A stretch of 64,000 nt of DNA from an uncultured Acidimicrobiaceae bacterium. GTDB taxonomy: Bacteria; Actinomycetota; Acidimicrobiia; Acidimicrobiales; CAYSAC01. Made by a program: the position numbers and the translations under genes. The stretch spans positions 25,349 through 89,348 of the forward strand of contig CAYSAC010000001.1 of assembly GCA_964428815.1 (NCBI GenBank). Direction: 5' to 3'. Positions 25,356 to 34,198 of this stretch are shown here, one piece after another. Numbering within the stretch: position 1 is the stretch's first letter; the number at the start of each line of letters is the position of its first letter. The notes beneath the pieces are model-generated. The model did not search any database, was not told the origin of the DNA, and was given only the letters and a program-made list of their open reading frames with translations.

Positions 25356-26855
25356 TCAGCCGAAGGCCGGATACCTGCCCTCCCAGACCGCCATCTGCTC
25401 CGCACGGTGGCGGTCGACGACGCGGGGCTCCCGGCCCAGGAGCATGGTGGCCCGGTTGCGCTCGTCGTAGGCGGGCCACTCCCCCACGGCCGGCGTCGAG
25501 GGATCGCCTGCCCTGATGAACGCGATCCAGGCGTCCTGAAAGGTCTCGGACATCCACCTCGCGTCCGCGCTCGTTCCGGCGAGAGCTGGGGCGCTGTCCA
25601 TGGTCCCGAAGACCAGCGGCAGACACGTGTCGTGGCAGGCGCCCATCCCGGGCCGGGGGGATGGCCACTGCAGCTCGTAGTGGTGGACGCGGTGCCCGTG
25701 GGCGGCGTGTGCTCGCACGAGCTGCTCGGTCGGCGCACCCATGTGGAAGTCGGTGACGAGCGCACTCGCAACCGCACGCCGATGCGCGATCGGGGTGTCA
25801 CCGGACTGCTCGGCCCGGTAGAGATCGAGGATCGTGTCGACATCCGCGTCGGCGCCCGCCAGCACCCGGACTCGTTCTCGCAGGAGCCCCTCCGTCACCT
25901 CGTCGTCCTCGAGCACGACGTCGAAGGCCCGCCACTCGTCTGCTGTCGTTCCTGCCAGGATCGGCACGGGGAGCAGCGGCCTCCGGGCGGCGGTGACGAG
26001 CGGGTGCTCCGGGATCAGCTCCCCGTCGACCGCGTGGTGAAAGGGACCGACCGGGGGCACGAAGCCCGTGGGGATCTGTGCCTGCGCTTCGAGGATCTCC
26101 TCCACCGTGAGGCGCAGACGGTCGAAGGCTCTGTCGCCTCCGACCGCAGCGAAGAACTGGCGGGCGACATCGGCGGCGGCTTCAGCGGAGCGCACGCGCT
26201 CCAGCCCGCCGCTCTGGAGGATGGCCCGGTCGAACAGGCCGCGGGCGGCATCCCCGGCCAGCATGCAGGCGATGGCGACCGCCCCGGACGACTGACCCAT
26301 CACGGTGACGTTGCCCGGATCGCCGCCGAACGCGCCGATCTCGGCACGGACCCAGCGCAACGCCATGAGCTGGTCGCGGACGGCCAGGTTCGTGGCGGGG
26401 TCGCCATCGACGCCGAGCCGCTCTGGCGCGTGGAGCGACCCGAGGGCCCCGAGCCGGAAGTTGATGGTGACGACCACGAGGTCGCCTCGGCTCGCCAGGC
26501 AGCCTCCGTCGAAGAGCGCGGCCGAGCCGGAGCCCGCGACGACACCGCCGCCATGGATGAACACGACGACGGGGCGCCTGCCGCCTTCGATGCCCGGCGT
26601 CCAGACGTTGAGTGAGAGGCAGTCCTCCGACATCGCGAGGCCCCGCTTGGCCAGGCGCTCTGCGCTGATGGCCTGCGGCGCGATCGGCCCGAAGCGGGTG
26701 GCGTCTCGAACGCCGGACCACGATGCCGCAGGCTGGGTGGACCTCCAACGCAGCTCGCCGATCGGTGGTGCTGCGTAGGGGACGCCACGGAACACCTGGA
26801 GCGGACCGGCTTGCTCGCCGCGCAGGGCGCCGAGGCTCGTCCGTGCGACGACCAA
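25356..26855 (-). CDS. Carboxylesterase type B (para-nitrobenzyl-esterase-like)
   Basis: FRGVPYAAPP, SEDCLSLNVWTP, FIHGGG and the nucleophile elbow GQSSGA. Apparent TTG start. Confidence 0.85.
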   Translation of the reverse strand: MVVARTSLGALRGEQAGPLQVFRGVPYAAPPIGELRWRSTQPAASWSGVRDATRFGPIAPQAISAERLAKRGLAMSEDCLSLNVWTPGIEGGRRPVVVFIHGGGVVAGSGSAALFDGGCLASRGDLVVVTINFRLGALGSLHAPERLGVDGDPATNLAVRDQLMALRWVRAEIGAFGGDPGNVTVMGQSSGAVAIACMLAGDAARGLFDRAILQSGGLERVRSAEAAADVARQFFAAVGGDRAFDRLRLTVEEILEAQAQIPTGFVPPVGPFHHAVDGELIPEHPLVTAARRPLLPVPILAGTTADEWRAFDVVLEDDEVTEGLLRERVRVLAGADADVDTILDLYRAEQSGDTPIAHRRAVASALVTDFHMGAPTEQLVRAHAAHGHRVHHYELQWPSPRPGMGACHDTCLPLVFGTMDSAPALAGTSADARWMSETFQDAWIAFIRAGDPSTPAVGEWPAYDERNRATMLLGREPRVVDRHRAEQMAVWEGRYPAFG

Positions 26856-26861
26856 AGCCCG

Positions 26862-27374
26862 TCAGTCGCCAGGGCGGTCGCGCAAGGGGTGCGACTCGCC
26901 CATCTCGCCGCTGAGGATGCGAGTCAGGAAGTCGCGCCCCTTGAAGCTCACGATCTCGAAGCGGATGCCGAGCCGGGAATCGCGCACGAAGGCGACGCCG
27001 GCTCCCCGACGCTCGAGCTCCATGCCGTCGGCGGTGAGGCGGGCGACCTCGTCGCGCCAACGTTCGGCGTAGAAGCCGATGTGGTGAACGCCGCCGCCCG
27101 CGGGCTCGGCGAAGATCGACCCCGGTCGGGGCACGACCTCGATCAGCTCGAGGTACGGCGGACCCTCGACCGAGAAGGCGATCCGGACCTCGTCGGAGTC
27201 GGGCTCGCCGTCGGCGCGCTCGAACCCGCTCGCCATCTGGAACGGCGCCGCCCACGTGATCTGCAGACGTCGACCGAACGCCTCCATGGCGCTCCGCAGG
27301 TCGGGCACGAGGTGGCCGACGTGGTACACGTTCTCGATCGCCGTGGGTGCGAGCGACAGGAGCTTCGGATCCAC
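26862..27374 (-). CDS. VOC/glyoxalase-family protein
   Basis: GTG start 4 nt after AGGAGG. VYHVGHLVPDL...GGVHHIGFY pattern of VOC metal-binding motifs. Confidence 0.8.
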   Translation of the reverse strand: MDPKLLSLAPTAIENVYHVGHLVPDLRSAMEAFGRRLQITWAAPFQMASGFERADGEPDSDEVRIAFSVEGPPYLELIEVVPRPGSIFAEPAGGGVHHIGFYAERWRDEVARLTADGMELERRGAGVAFVRDSRLGIRFEIVSFKGRDFLTRILSGEMGESHPLRDRPGD

Positions 27375-27383
27375 GTGCCCTCC

Positions 27384-28628
27384 TCAGATCCGGTACCGGC
27401 GCCGGATTGCGTCGAAGCGGGCGTGCATCTGCGCGGTGCGCTCCGCGGGCGTGACCCTGCGGGCGTCCTCCGGCAGGTGCGCGCCGAGCTCGTCGTGACG
27501 CACGACCTTCGTCTCGATCGGCGGGAACGTCCGGCTCTGGACGTTGCGGTAGGTCAGGTAGCCCTCCTCGAAGCCCTGGGTGTCGATCCAGTTGTGATAG
27601 CCGGGATCCTCGTGCGCCATGACGAGCCGCACCCGACCGTCGCCATCCACCGCGGTGCGGCTCGGCGTGTAGCTCACCGGCCGGTACAGGTAATCCATGC
27701 TGTTCCAGAAGATGCCCATGTTCGTGAACATCCAGAACCCGTCGTCGTCGTCGAACTCCAGGATGAGCGCCTCGTCGGCTGCCAGCTTCCAGCGCATCGT
27801 CGCGATGAAGCGTCCCCGACGCTGGTCCCGCTCCTCAGCGGTCGCACTGAAGCGGCTGGCCGGGAACGCGTTCACCTGGTCCTCTCCGAAGAGCGAGCCG
27901 ATCTCGAGCTCGCGGTCTGGCCAGTCGCGCATCGCGCCGGCGAGGAAGTCGCCGGCCCATCGCATCGATTCCGCGACGACCTTCGGAGTGGGCACCGGCC
28001 GGGGCTCGTCCATGTCGATGCGCTCGATGCTGAACGCCGCTGCCTCCTCGTCCCAGGAGTCGAAGCCCTGCCGCATGAACAGCTTCCGTGACCCTGGCGT
28101 CGTCGGCAGCCAGTTCAGTCCGCGCTCCGGTCCACCGATGTAGAGGACGAAGCTCCCGTCCCGCTCCGTGACGAGATCGTCCCCGAGCAGGTTCGCCTCA
28201 GGGACGTCGCCGAAGGGCTCGTGCAGGTTCGGGTGGTCCGCGCCGTAGTAGATGTCCTTGTCGGGGCGCGGCCCCTGCACGGTGAAGTTCATGAAGCGCG
28301 CCGTGCCACGGTGGCCGCTGATCTTGTAGACCGACTCGCCGTCGATCCACGCCTGCAGGTAGATGAAGTCTGCGTTGTCGCCACCGAGCTTGCGGTCCGG
28401 CGCGCAGAAGGCGTGGATCGCCGGGTAGCGCGCGTCCTTGGTCTCGAGCGCCAAGTCGAACGCTTGGCTGAGGTTCTGGGTGAGGAAGCGGAACCCGTCG
28501 GCGCGCTGCAGCGGGTGGGTGGCGTTCGTGTCCTTGAAGACCAGATCGCCCGCCGCCTTCAGACGATCGCAGAAGTCGTGCCAGGCGTCCCGCAGCCCCT
28601 CGTCATGCTCGCTGTCGCCGAACACCAC
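27384..28628 (-). CDS. DUF1214-like protein of unknown function
   Basis: 414-aa ORF with good coding bias. ADGFRFLTQNL, GGDNADFIYLQA and GFWMFTNMGIFWNSMDY resemble DUF1214/DUF1254-type proteins as I recall them. The family call is not verified. Confidence 0.6.
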   Translation of the reverse strand: MVFGDSEHDEGLRDAWHDFCDRLKAAGDLVFKDTNATHPLQRADGFRFLTQNLSQAFDLALETKDARYPAIHAFCAPDRKLGGDNADFIYLQAWIDGESVYKISGHRGTARFMNFTVQGPRPDKDIYYGADHPNLHEPFGDVPEANLLGDDLVTERDGSFVLYIGGPERGLNWLPTTPGSRKLFMRQGFDSWDEEAAAFSIERIDMDEPRPVPTPKVVAESMRWAGDFLAGAMRDWPDRELEIGSLFGEDQVNAFPASRFSATAEERDQRRGRFIATMRWKLAADEALILEFDDDDGFWMFTNMGIFWNSMDYLYRPVSYTPSRTAVDGDGRVRLVMAHEDPGYHNWIDTQGFEEGYLTYRNVQSRTFPPIETKVVRHDELGAHLPEDARRVTPAERTAQMHARFDAIRRRYRI

Positions 28629-29794
28629 TACTTCCGAGCCTCGATCTCCAGCCCGAACCGCTCGCGGTACGGCGCGAACTCGCGGTACAGCGACTGGACG
28701 TCGACGGGCAGCACGTCGGTCGAGTAGACGAACCTGCCATGGCGGTCGCCGCGGTTGTTGGCCAGGTAGCCGCGCATCGCCTCCTCCGTCTCTGTGGTGA
28801 ACGGTAGGCCGTAGCGCTCATAGAACGCCGCGATCGTCTCGACCGGGGAGCGCACGAAGTCGGGGTAGCGGACGTGGAGGATGCGAGGGTCGTCGAGCAG
28901 CGGCTCCTCCAGGTGGGCGTGAAAGCTCTGCCGTGACGACTCCAGCTGCGCCGTCGCGTACGCGTCCCAGTCGAGCGAGCCGGCGAGGCACTCGTTGATC
29001 TGACCAAACGCCGTGATCTGCGAGGCGATGATCTGCACGGGGTCGCGATGGACCCAGATCACCCAGGCGTCGGGGTACGAGTCGAAGAGCGCCCGGAGGC
29101 GCCGACCATGGAAGCCCTTCAGGACCCAGCGCCGCTCGGGCCGGGCGAGCTGCACGTGCTGCAGCACCATGCGGTGGATCCGGTACTGCGCGGTCGGATC
29201 CTGCGGCAGCGCCGGCCGCATCGTCATCGGCACGCGCCACCAGGCGCTCGGCGTCATGGTGCGGAAGTCGAACGCCCAGGTTCGCTCGCACTCCGGGAGC
29301 CCATCGCCCAGCAGGTCGTTGTACGGATGGCTGACGATCCATGGCGGGATCCGGCCCAGGATGTCGCGCCAGTCATCGTCGGCCCGAGCCCGCCGGGAAT
29401 CGTCGGGCCCCGCCAACCCCGGCGGCGGTGAGGGGTACATGACCTCCCAGAACCGCAGGGCGCGTGCGGCCGGGTCCTCCGCCAGCAGCGCGTGGAGCAA
29501 CGTCGTCCCCGAGCGGGGCTCGCCGGTCGCGAAGACCGGACTGACGATCTCCTCCTCGGCGATCGGGTGGCGCTTGCGATCCTCGAAGAACGCCAGGCGC
29601 GAGGTGAGGAGCCACTGGATCGTCGCCGCGGCAGCGGCCTCGCCGGCGACGTCGAGCCGGCTCGCCCGGATGGCCGCCAAGGCGATCTCGACGCGCTCGG
29701 GAAGGGTGTCGTCCCCGTAGTCCGAGAGCCCGGTCTCCTGCTCTGCGCGCGCGAAGAGCCCGTCGACGTCCAACACCTGCAAAGACTCGCTCAT
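28628..29794 (-). CDS. Sulfotransferase-family protein
   Basis: PAPS 5'-phosphosulfate-binding loop GEPRSGTTLLHALL, and a later RDP.....S motif (WVHRDPVQIIAS). Confidence 0.8.
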   Translation of the reverse strand: MSESLQVLDVDGLFARAEQETGLSDYGDDTLPERVEIALAAIRASRLDVAGEAAAAATIQWLLTSRLAFFEDRKRHPIAEEEIVSPVFATGEPRSGTTLLHALLAEDPAARALRFWEVMYPSPPPGLAGPDDSRRARADDDWRDILGRIPPWIVSHPYNDLLGDGLPECERTWAFDFRTMTPSAWWRVPMTMRPALPQDPTAQYRIHRMVLQHVQLARPERRWVLKGFHGRRLRALFDSYPDAWVIWVHRDPVQIIASQITAFGQINECLAGSLDWDAYATAQLESSRQSFHAHLEEPLLDDPRILHVRYPDFVRSPVETIAAFYERYGLPFTTETEEAMRGYLANNRGDRHGRFVYSTDVLPVDVQSLYREFAPYRERFGLEIEARK

Positions 29795-30933
29795 GCGCCC
29801 CGACCGATCAGCCGCAACGCCGCATCCTCGGTCTCACGCACCTTCTGGGCCGACCGGGCGGCGAACGCCTGGCCGGCCATCCCGCTGTAGTCCAGGATCG
29901 ACGCCACCCGAAGGCCGGCCTCGTGCAGCGCCGCGATCTCGCGGGCGACCTCCTCCGGCGTCCCGTGCGGCACCACCGAGAGGATGGCGTCGGTGTCTAC
30001 CTCGTCGAACAGCGCGAGCAGGCGCTCACGGGAGAGCTTGCCGGGCTCGATGTCCTGGATGCCGCGCCAGCGGTCACCCATCGGGTGGTCGTAGCCCCGA
30101 ACGCGAAAGCTCTCGGCCGTGAGCTGCAGTGCGAGGGAGCGGACCAGCGGCTGCTCGAGCATCTCCCGGAGCTCGTCGGGCTCGCCGATCAGGCAGACGA
30201 CCATCTTGGCCGGCACGATCGCAAGCGGATCCCGCCCGGCCTCCTCCGCCGAATGGCGGACCACCGCCAGCTTTGCGGCGTACTCCTCCGGGCCATCGCT
30301 CCCGGTCGGCCACCAGCCGTCGGCGTGCCTGCCGGCAAGCGCGAGCATCCGAGGCCCGTTCCCGCCGATCCAGATCGGCGGCGGCCGGCCATCGAACAGC
30401 TCGGCGTCGAGCCGCGCACCATGCAGCCGGAAGTAGATCCCGTCGAAGTCCACCGGCCCATCCGAGCGCCACAGCAGATCGATGACACGAAGCGCCTCCT
30501 CGAACCGGCTCACCGCGCGATCGAAGTCGAAGCCGTACGGCGCGACGTTCTCCCTCTCCCCGCTGCCCAGCCCCAGGATGAACCGGCCACCAGAGAGATG
30601 GCTGAGCGTGACGGCCGACTGCGCGAGCATCACCGGGTGCCGTCGGACGGTATCCACCACGCTGGTGGCGATCGCGACCCGTCGGGTCAGCGCTCCGACG
30701 GCGCCGGCCACGGCCAGCGCGTCGAGGTGGCGATGCGGTGAGTGCGACACCTCTGCGAGGTCCGTGAACTCTGGCGTCCAGATCGCATCGGGCCAGAAGC
30801 TGACGAGGTGGTCCGGCAACCAGACCGAGTGGTAGCGCCCGTCGTCAACCTCGGCGACCCGGCCGAGATCGAGCGGAAGCGTCGTCCGCAAGAACGCCGC
30901 GAGCTCGAACGTCACGAGGCCATTCTGCGCCAT
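29791..30933 (-). CDS. Luciferase-like (LLM) flavin/F420-dependent oxidoreductase
   Basis: Trimmed to the ATG at 30931-30933. HSVWLPDHL, LSGGRFILGLGSGE and IWIGGNGPRML are LLM hallmarks. ATGA overlap with the sulfotransferase start. Confidence 0.85.
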   Translation of the reverse strand: MAQNGLVTFELAAFLRTTLPLDLGRVAEVDDGRYHSVWLPDHLVSFWPDAIWTPEFTDLAEVSHSPHRHLDALAVAGAVGALTRRVAIATSVVDTVRRHPVMLAQSAVTLSHLSGGRFILGLGSGERENVAPYGFDFDRAVSRFEEALRVIDLLWRSDGPVDFDGIYFRLHGARLDAELFDGRPPPIWIGGNGPRMLALAGRHADGWWPTGSDGPEEYAAKLAVVRHSAEEAGRDPLAIVPAKMVVCLIGEPDELREMLEQPLVRSLALQLTAESFRVRGYDHPMGDRWRGIQDIEPGKLSRERLLALFDEVDTDAILSVVPHGTPEEVAREIAALHEAGLRVASILDYSGMAGQAFAARSAQKVRETEDAALRLIGRGA

Positions 30934-30974
30934 CGCGTCGTGCTGCACCGCCGATCCTGCGGTGACCCCGGACG

Positions 30975-31472
30975 ATGGAACCGCCCCTGGCAACGTACTG
31001 GAGCTCCCGGTGCAGGAGCTTCGACAACTACGGTCAGAAGAGCGGTGGGCCGTGCCCGGTGCAGCTGTTCCCGAGCCGTTACCCGATCCGCGCGGCGATG
31101 ATCGCCCTCGACCGTTGGGTCAAGGACCGCGTCCGCCCGACGACAGCGCCGCGGTTCGAGCGTGACCCCGTGAGGGGTGCGCCCGTCGTCGACCCGGAGA
31201 CAGGAAACATCCGCGGCGGCCTTCGCCTCCCGCCGATCGCGGCGCCGGTGGCGACCTACACGTCCGAATGCGCACTGTTCGGCTCGACGATCCCTTACGA
31301 CAAGGCCAAGCTCGCCGGGTTGTACCCCACGCACGAGGACTACGTGCGGAAGTTCGCTGCCGCGGCCGACGAAGCCGTGACGAAGGGGTGGCTGCGCCGT
31401 CCAGATGCGGCCGAGCTGGTTCGAGCAGCCGAGGCCTCGGACATTGGACGGACACCAGTGCCCACCTTCTGA
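30975..31472 (+). pseudogene. Probable 5'-truncated fragment of an alpha/beta-hydrolase-domain protein (C-terminal ~150 aa)
   Basis: AAMIALDRWVKDRVRPTTAPRF...GNIRGGLRLPPIAAPVATY...LFGSTIPYDKAKLAGLYPTHEDYVRKF resembles only the C-terminal region of ~450-500-aa hydrolase-domain proteins (from memory). An in-frame stop at 30963-30965 and the divergent LLM start at 30933 leave no room for the N-terminal domain. Confidence 0.4.
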
Positions 31473-31639
31473 TTCGTTCACGAACAACGCGACTTGCGGT
31501 GTCCAGAACAACGGCGTCGCATGCCAACTGCCGAGTCACAGGGCTTCCGTCGCGCCTGCGAAGGACTTCCGGTATCGATGTAGAAGTACCCCTTTGTACA
31601 GGCTGGGGCCAGGTGGCTCCAGCCCGCTGGGGGGGCAAA

Positions 31640-33247
31640 ATGCATTCCAGGACGAAGCACTGGCTGTTGGCTGTCGTGGCGCTTCTGGCCATCGGGCTGA
31701 CCCCGGTAGCACGGGCCGCTGAACCTGACGCCAACGCGTCGCCGGCGGCGTGCGGCGAGCTGGACACGCCAGAGACGGGGATCCAGGGCGACATCCCGCG
31801 CGCCGATCAGGACTCGGGTCGAGTGGACGCTGGCTACAACTGCGGCATCTCACTGCTCAGCGAGGTCCCCGGGGGCGGCGCCGTGCAGGTAGCCGGCCAC
31901 TGCGCCTACGTGCGGACCGGCGGGGGCATCAACGTCATCGACCTGAGCGATCCGGCGAACCCCACGCAGGTCGGGGACCCGTTGCCGACGTTCGCTCCTG
32001 CACACGGTTCTTCTTCGGAGACCTTGCGCGCGGTGGTCACCGACGAGCGGGCCGTGATGGTCTCCGGCAGCGGTGTCTATGACATCCGTGACTGCGAGAA
32101 GCCCGTGGTGAAAGGCCAGATCCAGTGGCCGGGCGTCGTCCCCTGGCCGGCCGGGAAGTCCCACGACATCAGGATCAGCGACGACGGTAAGAAAGTGTAC
32201 GCAGGGCTGTTCGTGGTCGAGGCCGACATCACCAACCTCGACGACCCGAGCACGTGGACGGTACAGGACCGCTCTTGTGACGTCGCCGCGCAATACCACC
32301 CCCTGCACGCGGCACCGGCGGCGGCCGGGGTCGACCTGTGCGATCACGGCTGGGAGTTCGGTCCAACCGTCTCCCATGGGCCCGACGACAGCGGCGACGG
32401 TTCACGGCTGTACGTGGGCTCGCAGGTCGCCGGCTCGGGCCTATGGCCGGAAGAAGACGTCCTGCGCATCCTCGACATGACGGGTCCGACGCCGCGGATT
32501 CTTGACGAGATCCCCGGTCCAGGTCACAGCATCGACTGGTTCAGGAGCGCCGATGGCCGCGAGTACGTGCTGCACGCCAACGAGATCGTGAACGCACCCG
32601 CGTCCAGCTGCGCGCCCCACCCCAGGCCGTCCTCGCTGGGCTGGGCCCACGAGGCGCTCATCACCGAGGTCACAGGCGACACGCTGAAGCGGACGTCGCT
32701 GGTGGAGCTGGCCATCAACAAGCCGGAGAACTGCCAAGCCAAGCTGGCGTCGCAGCAGAACACCGGGGTCGCCTACCACAGCGTCGACGACCCGAACGAC
32801 GCGACGTTCGCGATGGTCTCGATGGGGGACGCCGCGCTGCGCGTCTTCGACATCCGCGACCCGGAAGCACCGAAGGAGGCTGCGTACTTCAACCGCGGCG
32901 CGATGCAGCACGCAGGTGTTTCCCACTTCGACGCCGCGAGGGGACTCATCCTGGCTCCCGGAGGCAGCGGCCTCCAGGTGCTCGAGGTCCAGCCCCAGGT
33001 CCTCGAGGCGCTCGGGCTGCCGTACCCGACCGACCCGGCCTATCCCCGATACTCGAACGGCCGGCCCGCCCGACCTCCGAGCGGCCCCGGGAGCAACATC
33101 TCAGCGGCGAGGACCACGACCGCCGAGATGTCCTCGTTCTGTGCGATCCACCAGCTGCCGCCCGTTGGATCAGGACCCGCGACTGACCAGGCCGTCGGCG
33201 TCCTCCCCGCAGGCATCCCTCCGGCTCCGTCTGGCCTACGACGGTGA
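31640..33247 (+). CDS. Secreted LVIVD-repeat beta-propeller-like protein, unknown function
   Basis: ATG at 31640 after a G-rich SD. Signal peptide MHSRTKHWLLAVVALLAIGLTPVARA/AEP. Repeated pattern G.A..V...G..AYV....G..V.D.S.P..P (for example GGAVQVAGHCAYVRTGGGINVIDLSDPANP and AMVSMGDAALRVFDIRDPEAP). About 10 Cys. Confidence 0.7.
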   Translation: MHSRTKHWLLAVVALLAIGLTPVARAAEPDANASPAACGELDTPETGIQGDIPRADQDSGRVDAGYNCGISLLSEVPGGGAVQVAGHCAYVRTGGGINVIDLSDPANPTQVGDPLPTFAPAHGSSSETLRAVVTDERAVMVSGSGVYDIRDCEKPVVKGQIQWPGVVPWPAGKSHDIRISDDGKKVYAGLFVVEADITNLDDPSTWTVQDRSCDVAAQYHPLHAAPAAAGVDLCDHGWEFGPTVSHGPDDSGDGSRLYVGSQVAGSGLWPEEDVLRILDMTGPTPRILDEIPGPGHSIDWFRSADGREYVLHANEIVNAPASSCAPHPRPSSLGWAHEALITEVTGDTLKRTSLVELAINKPENCQAKLASQQNTGVAYHSVDDPNDATFAMVSMGDAALRVFDIRDPEAPKEAAYFNRGAMQHAGVSHFDAARGLILAPGGSGLQVLEVQPQVLEALGLPYPTDPAYPRYSNGRPARPPSGPGSNISAARTTTAEMSSFCAIHQLPPVGSGPATDQAVGVLPAGIPPAPSGLRR

Positions 33248-33294
33248 CAGGCGACCCTCGGCCATCCTGCGCGACGCTCTCGTAGAATCTGCTG

Positions 33295-34065
33295 ATGGCG
33301 TCAGACCGCATTCCGGCGCGGTTCCCCAAGTTCGACAACGTCGAGGACGAACGTCGGCACCGCAAGCAGCGCCTCGCCGCCGCCTTCCGGTTGTTCGGAC
33401 ACTTCGGGTTCGACGAAGGGCTTGCGGGTCACATCACCGCACGCGATCCCGAGCTGCTCGACCACTTCTGGGTCAACCCGCTCGGGATGAACTTCAAGCT
33501 CATCCGCGTCAAGGACCTCATCCTCGTCAACGATCGAGGTGAGGTCGTCGACGGCAACTGGCCGCTGAACGCGGCCGCGTTCGCGATCCACTCGCAGATC
33601 CATGCGGCGCGACCAGACGTGGTCGCGGCCGCGCACGCGCACTCGGTGCACGGCAAGGCGTGGTCGTCATTGCGCCGGCCGCTCGATCCCATCACGCAGG
33701 ACGCGTGCGCGTTCTATGGCGACCATGCCGTGTTCGATGACTACACCGGCGCCGTGCTCGAGCTCGAGGAGGGCAAGCGCATCGCGCACGCGCTCGGCGG
33801 GCGCAAGGCTCTCATCCTGTCGAACCACGGGCTGCTGACTGTCGGGCAGACGTCGGTTGACGAGGCGGCGTGGTGGTTCATCACGATGGAGCGCACGTGC
33901 CAGGTGCAGCTGCTGGCGGAGGCGGCGGGCACGCCGGTGCTCATCGATCCCGCTCAAGCAGAGAAGACCGCACCACAGGTCGGACCGCCGCTGGCGGGAT
34001 GGCGGGCGTTCCAACCGCTCTACGAGTGGATCGTGTCGATCCAGCCCGACCTGCTCGAGGAATGA
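33295..34065 (+). CDS. Class II aldolase/adducin-domain protein
   Basis: GLAGHITARDP...NAAAFAIHSQIHAARPDVVAAAHAHS...ILSNHGLLTVG follows the class II aldolase/adducin N-terminal domain pattern. Confidence 0.85.
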   Translation: MASDRIPARFPKFDNVEDERRHRKQRLAAAFRLFGHFGFDEGLAGHITARDPELLDHFWVNPLGMNFKLIRVKDLILVNDRGEVVDGNWPLNAAAFAIHSQIHAARPDVVAAAHAHSVHGKAWSSLRRPLDPITQDACAFYGDHAVFDDYTGAVLELEEGKRIAHALGGRKALILSNHGLLTVGQTSVDEAAWWFITMERTCQVQLLAEAAGTPVLIDPAQAEKTAPQVGPPLAGWRAFQPLYEWIVSIQPDLLEE

Positions 34066-34198
34066 GCGGTTTCGCGTAGGTTGCGATGTGCTCCGAGAGC
34101 GGGCCTAGATCCCTTGCGCCGTAGCGGTCAAGCGACGATGTTGATGCGGTGTCCCCAGGCGGCGTGTTCGTCGCAGGGGTGCGGTGGCGGAGGCAGCC

